NCBI GenBank assembly: GCA_965197745.1
Contig: CBDANS010000006.1
Coordinates: forward strand, 64,001-128,000
Length of the DNA stretch: 64,000 nucleotides
From: Opitutales bacterium
GTDB lineage: Bacteria; Verrucomicrobiota; Verrucomicrobiia; Opitutales; PNEW01
Reading direction: 5' to 3'
The first letter of the stretch is position 1. Every line of letters begins with the position of its first letter. Positions 60,140 to 64,000 of the stretch are shown piece after piece. Under the pieces are notes generated by a model. It saw nothing but the letters and a program-made list of their open reading frames with translations, had not been told where the DNA came from and searched no databases. The translations under genes were made by a program, and so were the position numbers.

Positions 60140-61474
60140 CTATCGCACCAGTCTTCGAAAAGGTTCCTTCTTCAGATCGACCACCAGGTAGCGGTCAAGA
60201 TTACCCTCATCCAAACCTTTTTTGATCATTTCAAACGATTCTGCTGCGGCCCGACAGGTTTGTTCTATATCCTCTTCTGTATGCGCGAGCGTCGCATTGA
60301 CAGCATGGCGTGTATGTATCCCTCGCCTCGACATTTCCTGGATATATAAAGTGCTGGCTTCAGGGATAAGCTTCTCAGGAATATCTAACTTGACGGAAGG
60401 ACATACATAATGACCGACACAGCTTCCCGACAGACCTGATGAAGCAATCGCGTCATTCATCGATGCACGGTATCTTTCCCCGATTTCCTCAAATCTTTTT
60501 TCTGAGTCACGCCGTTTCAGTTCTCTAATTGTTGTGAGAGCCGCGGCCAGGCCGACATTGTCACTCCAGTAGGAACTGGAGATAAACATCCGTGATGCCG
60601 GTTCCATCACCTCACGCGATCCAACCACCGCGCCCAGGGGATAGCCGTTCGTCATACACTTGGCCAGGACCGTCATGTCCGGGGTGACACCGATGTATGC
60701 CTGTACACCGCCAACGCGTATGCGCCAGCCACTCGAGACCTCATCGAAAACAAGAAACGCATCATATTGATGCGCGAGCGCCTTCACACTTTCCAGGTAA
60801 CCATCGGGAGGAACTTCTGATCGCATGGGTTCCATCATCACCGCGGCGACTTCTCCTTCGTGTTGCTTCAACAGGTCTTCCAGCATATTCAAATCGCCGT
60901 AGGAAAAAGGAACTGCGGTTCCCGCGAGAGCTCTCGGCACCCCTATGGGGTCGATCCCCGCGAAGGGAAACTCTCCACTTTCCGGATCCACCAGGTAGTT
61001 GGCGGATTGATACCAGTCGTGCCAGCCGTGGTAACCGCAAAACAGAATGATGTCCTTGCCTGTGGTTCCCCTGACAATACGGGCGGCCAGTGCACAGGCC
61101 TCACCGCCCGCTTTGGCATAGCGAACCATCTCTGCGCTGGGAATGGTCTTAACCAGTTCTTCGGCCAGCTCTACCTCTAATGCGCTGTTGATCGTATAGA
61201 TACTGCCTTTATCAATCTGTTCTTTAACCGCCTGGTTCACCACCTCGTCGGCATGGCCTAGAATAATGGCGCTCACCGCATTCACCCAATCGATATAGAC
61301 GTTGCCGTCTATGTCTACGAACCTGGAGCCTTTTGCGTGGGCCGCGTATATAGGACTGACCCCATCGGCGAATTGGCTGGCGCGGCGCCCGAAGAGTTGT
61401 GTATGTCCCGGAATGAGTTCTCCGGCTCTCTTATACAGTTCTTTTGAACCACTTATATCAGGGAATTCTGACAT
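60140..61474 (-). CDS. Class III PLP aminotransferase (GSA-aminomutase-like)
   Basis: CGYHGWHDW, MEP.R, FDEV.SGWR, LAKCMTNGYP, ISSSYW. Confidence 0.88.
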   Translation of the reverse strand: MSEFPDISGSKELYKRAGELIPGHTQLFGRRASQFADGVSPIYAAHAKGSRFVDIDGNVYIDWVNAVSAIILGHADEVVNQAVKEQIDKGSIYTINSALEVELAEELVKTIPSAEMVRYAKAGGEACALAARIVRGTTGKDIILFCGYHGWHDWYQSANYLVDPESGEFPFAGIDPIGVPRALAGTAVPFSYGDLNMLEDLLKQHEGEVAAVMMEPMRSEVPPDGYLESVKALAHQYDAFLVFDEVSSGWRIRVGGVQAYIGVTPDMTVLAKCMTNGYPLGAVVGSREVMEPASRMFISSSYWSDNVGLAAALTTIRELKRRDSEKRFEEIGERYRASMNDAIASSGLSGSCVGHYVCPSVKLDIPEKLIPEASTLYIQEMSRRGIHTRHAVNATLAHTEEDIEQTCRAAAESFEMIKKGLDEGNLDRYLVVDLKKEPFRRLVR

Positions 61475-61654
61475 GAGAATTTACGAGAAAAGGTCGGGCT
61501 GTGTATTTATAGATTGACAGAGTAAGCGGTGCAAATGGCTTAGTAATGTTGGTGATAGTGTTACAGTTCTCAGGTAAAAGTTTTGCAATTAAAATTTTAC
61601 CAAAATATGACTCATGCAGATTAAACTAATATTTTTCGGAGGAGATATAATAAA

Positions 61655-62650
61655 TTGGAATCAATAAATATCTTATTCACCGACAAGCAACAAGCTGAAT
61701 TACGCAGCGAGCCCCTGCCCTCCCTGCCCGATGACTCTCTATTGGTGAAAACCAGTATGAGCCTGATCAGCACCGGCACCGAATCGATCTGCTACCGCGG
61801 CGTGCTGGAAGAAGGTTCGCACTGGGCTAACTGGGTGAAATACCCTTTTCATCCGGGCTATAGTAATGTCGGCACCGTTGAGCAAGTAGGAGCGAAGGTA
61901 GATGGCTACGCGGTGGGCGACCGGGTCTTCAGCACCGCCAACCATCGGCAATACTCTATTACCAAACCCCCTGTAACCAAAATCCCTGACACGATCAGCA
62001 ATGAATCAGCGATCTGGTCGAAACTCTGCACCATCGCTCAAACGGGGGTGCGGCGGGCACAATTGACTATGGGAGACAAAGTGGTGATCATCGGCATGGG
62101 GCCGTTGGGGCAACTGCTTACCCAATATACACGGGTAATGGGCGCTGAAGAAGTGCTTGCTATCGACACCATAGCCAGTCGCCTGGAGGTGGCCACGGCG
62201 CACGGGGCCACCCGGATCTTTAACGGTAGCGCCGCCGATGCCATCCCTTTTGTCCAGGATTTTACAGATGGACAACTGGGCGACGTGGTATTCGATGCCA
62301 CGGGCCATTACGCGGTCTTCCCACTGGCCCTCAAACTGGTTCGCCAATTTGGCACCATGATGCTCATCGGCGACTCACCACAGCCGGGTAAACAGGCTCT
62401 CACCGGTGATATTGTGACCCGTCAGATCAGTGTGCGCGGCTCGCATAACGAGCAATTACCGGACAAGAGCAAATGGCATATTTTGCGCCAGATTGAGCTG
62501 CTCTATAAATATCTCACACGGGGTCAGATGCGTGTCGATGATCTGATCACCCACCGCCATCCGCCTCAGAACGCGCCCAGGGTTTATGCCGATCTCCTGG
62601 AAAATCGGTCCGACACCATCGGCGTGGCCTTTGATTGGAGTTTATTATAA
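61655..62650 (+). CDS. MDR-superfamily (Zn-binding ADH-like) dehydrogenase
   Basis: SLISTGTE, PGYSNVG.V..VG, IIGMGPLG, DATG; TTG start. Confidence 0.88.
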   Translation: MESINILFTDKQQAELRSEPLPSLPDDSLLVKTSMSLISTGTESICYRGVLEEGSHWANWVKYPFHPGYSNVGTVEQVGAKVDGYAVGDRVFSTANHRQYSITKPPVTKIPDTISNESAIWSKLCTIAQTGVRRAQLTMGDKVVIIGMGPLGQLLTQYTRVMGAEEVLAIDTIASRLEVATAHGATRIFNGSAADAIPFVQDFTDGQLGDVVFDATGHYAVFPLALKLVRQFGTMMLIGDSPQPGKQALTGDIVTRQISVRGSHNEQLPDKSKWHILRQIELLYKYLTRGQMRVDDLITHRHPPQNAPRVYADLLENRSDTIGVAFDWSLL

Positions 62651-62715
62651 ATGAGAAGCAACCGATAACCTGTAATTCAAACGATGAATTAACGTCCGGA
62701 AAGGAACCCAGTCTT

Positions 62716-63495
62716 ATGCCTGTTAAACAATCCGTCTGCACCCCCATGGTCCCCCAGGAAGTGATGTCCCTGGAGGAAATTATTGAACAGATTGCCAACA
62801 TCGGTTACCCCGCTATCGAAATCTGGGGCCGGGATGACAACTTCGAGTCTATCTGTAATTCAGCCGAACAAAATAATCTTCGCGTGGCCAGCATGATTGG
62901 GCACGCTTCGCTACCGGATGGTCTCAACAACCCGGCCAACCACGATCGAATTGAGGCCGAGTTAAAGGAATCGATCGATCTCGCCGCCGATAAGAGGATA
63001 CCCGGTTTGATTTGTTTCAGCGGCAATCACCTCCCCGGTATGGATGACGCCGAGGCCATTGCTAACACGGTGACGGGTCTGCGTCGATCGGCCCCCTATG
63101 CTGAAGCCAAGGGCATAAATTTGAATTTGGAGCTGCTCAATTCCAAAGTGGACCATCCCGGCTATCAGTGTGATCACACCACCTGGGGTATGGCGGTCGT
63201 CGAGCAGGTAAACAGCCCGCAAGTCAAACTGCTCTACGACATTTACCATATGCAGATTATGGAAGGTGACATTATTCGAACTATGGTCGATAATTTATCA
63301 GCGATCGGGCATATCCATACCGCCGGTAATCCGGGGCGGAATGACCTCGATGATGACCAGGAATTAAATTACCAGGGTATCTGTCGCGCCCTCTCCGCTG
63401 CAGGATACGAGGGCTACGTCGGTCACGAATTCCGACCAAAAGGGGACTTGGTTGCAGCCTTGCGCCAGGCATATGAACAGTGCACCGTCGAGTGA
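62716..63495 (+). CDS. hyi: Hydroxypyruvate isomerase family TIM-barrel protein
   Basis: ICFSGN, ELLNSKVDHPGYQCD, LLYDIYHMQIMEGD, HTAGNPGR, GHEF. Confidence 0.85.
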   Translation: MPVKQSVCTPMVPQEVMSLEEIIEQIANIGYPAIEIWGRDDNFESICNSAEQNNLRVASMIGHASLPDGLNNPANHDRIEAELKESIDLAADKRIPGLICFSGNHLPGMDDAEAIANTVTGLRRSAPYAEAKGINLNLELLNSKVDHPGYQCDHTTWGMAVVEQVNSPQVKLLYDIYHMQIMEGDIIRTMVDNLSAIGHIHTAGNPGRNDLDDDQELNYQGICRALSAAGYEGYVGHEFRPKGDLVAALRQAYEQCTVE

Positions 63496-63603
63496 GATTC
63501 AAATAGATTTGTAGGGATTCAAAACGGGTAGCCGCTGTCGTTAGACTGATAAAAGATAATTCGCTTCAAATCAAATGATTGATGAGAAGAGAGATAATTG
63601 AGT

Positions 63604-64000
63604 ATGCGTATTCTTGAAGTTCGACGTCATTCAATGCGCAATAAGCCAGGTGAGCACCTTTCCCGTGAAGGCATTGAACTCGCGCAATTCATCGGATCAA
63701 AATCTGGTCCGTTTGATTTGGTTGTTACCAGTCCAATCCATCGTGCGATCGAGACAGCAGTTGCAATGGGATTTGCCGTTAATGAAACTTGTCAGGTTCT
63801 TTCCGAGCTATCTTCTGATATATTCCATAATTCGGGATGGCCAGCTCCTTTCGATCAACTTCGGGGACTTGCGTATCAGCATCGCAATGTTGAGTCCTTC
63901 GCAATTACGCAAGCACATGCCTGGCGGGATATTGTCTGTAAAATAAATGATGATGAGCAGGTTCTTATTGTCACCCATGGTCTTTTTGTAGAGTTGGGAG
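63604..64000 (+). CDS. Histidine phosphatase family protein (3' end outside window; absent from the ORF track)
   Basis: Manual translation: MRILEVRRHS...LSREG...VVTSPIHRAIETA...VLIVTHG. Confidence 0.85.
   Translation, partial: MRILEVRRHSMRNKPGEHLSREGIELAQFIGSKSGPFDLVVTSPIHRAIETAVAMGFAVNETCQVLSELSSDIFHNSGWPAPFDQLRGLAYQHRNVESFAITQAHAWRDIVCKINDDEQVLIVTHGLFVELG

Noticed and set aside
63614..63946. 110-aa ORF in the track
   Set aside because: Shadow frame of the histidine phosphatase starting at 63604

Overview
Bacterial chromosome segment, probably Verrucomicrobiota (Opitutae-like). This taxonomy is inferred from gene content and from my recollection of the conserved C-terminal domain of the 42-52 kb proteins; no search was run. 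Housekeeping genes (uvrC, bcp, polX, murA, ruvB, folE2, lptF/G, mtaB, stand-alone 5'-3' exonuclease, mscS) alternate with accessory loci. The main points of interest are: (1) four tandem ~740-aa secreted paralogs (42.1-52.3 kb) with variable N-terminal tandem modules, an Ig-like domain and a nearly constant GC-rich C-terminal domain; they are mosaic, one copy is frameshifted in a C5T5/C5T6 tract, and the spacers are built of nested repeats; (2) a ~114-codon piece of that gene family inserted in frame in the neighbouring beta-propeller hydrolase gene; (3) a DtxR/MntR regulator divergent from an OprB porin - two-domain multicopper oxidase - ZIP - cupredoxin operon; (4) ~250-bp TGTCATTGCGA-ended elements that appear to carry the decayed C-terminus of a GIY-YIG nuclease, two of which flank a 1.6-kb segment in inverted orientation; (5) a 938-codon FG-GAP ORF interrupted by one in-frame TAG. 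I recognised no rRNA, tRNA, CRISPR array, integrase, transposase or reverse transcriptase.
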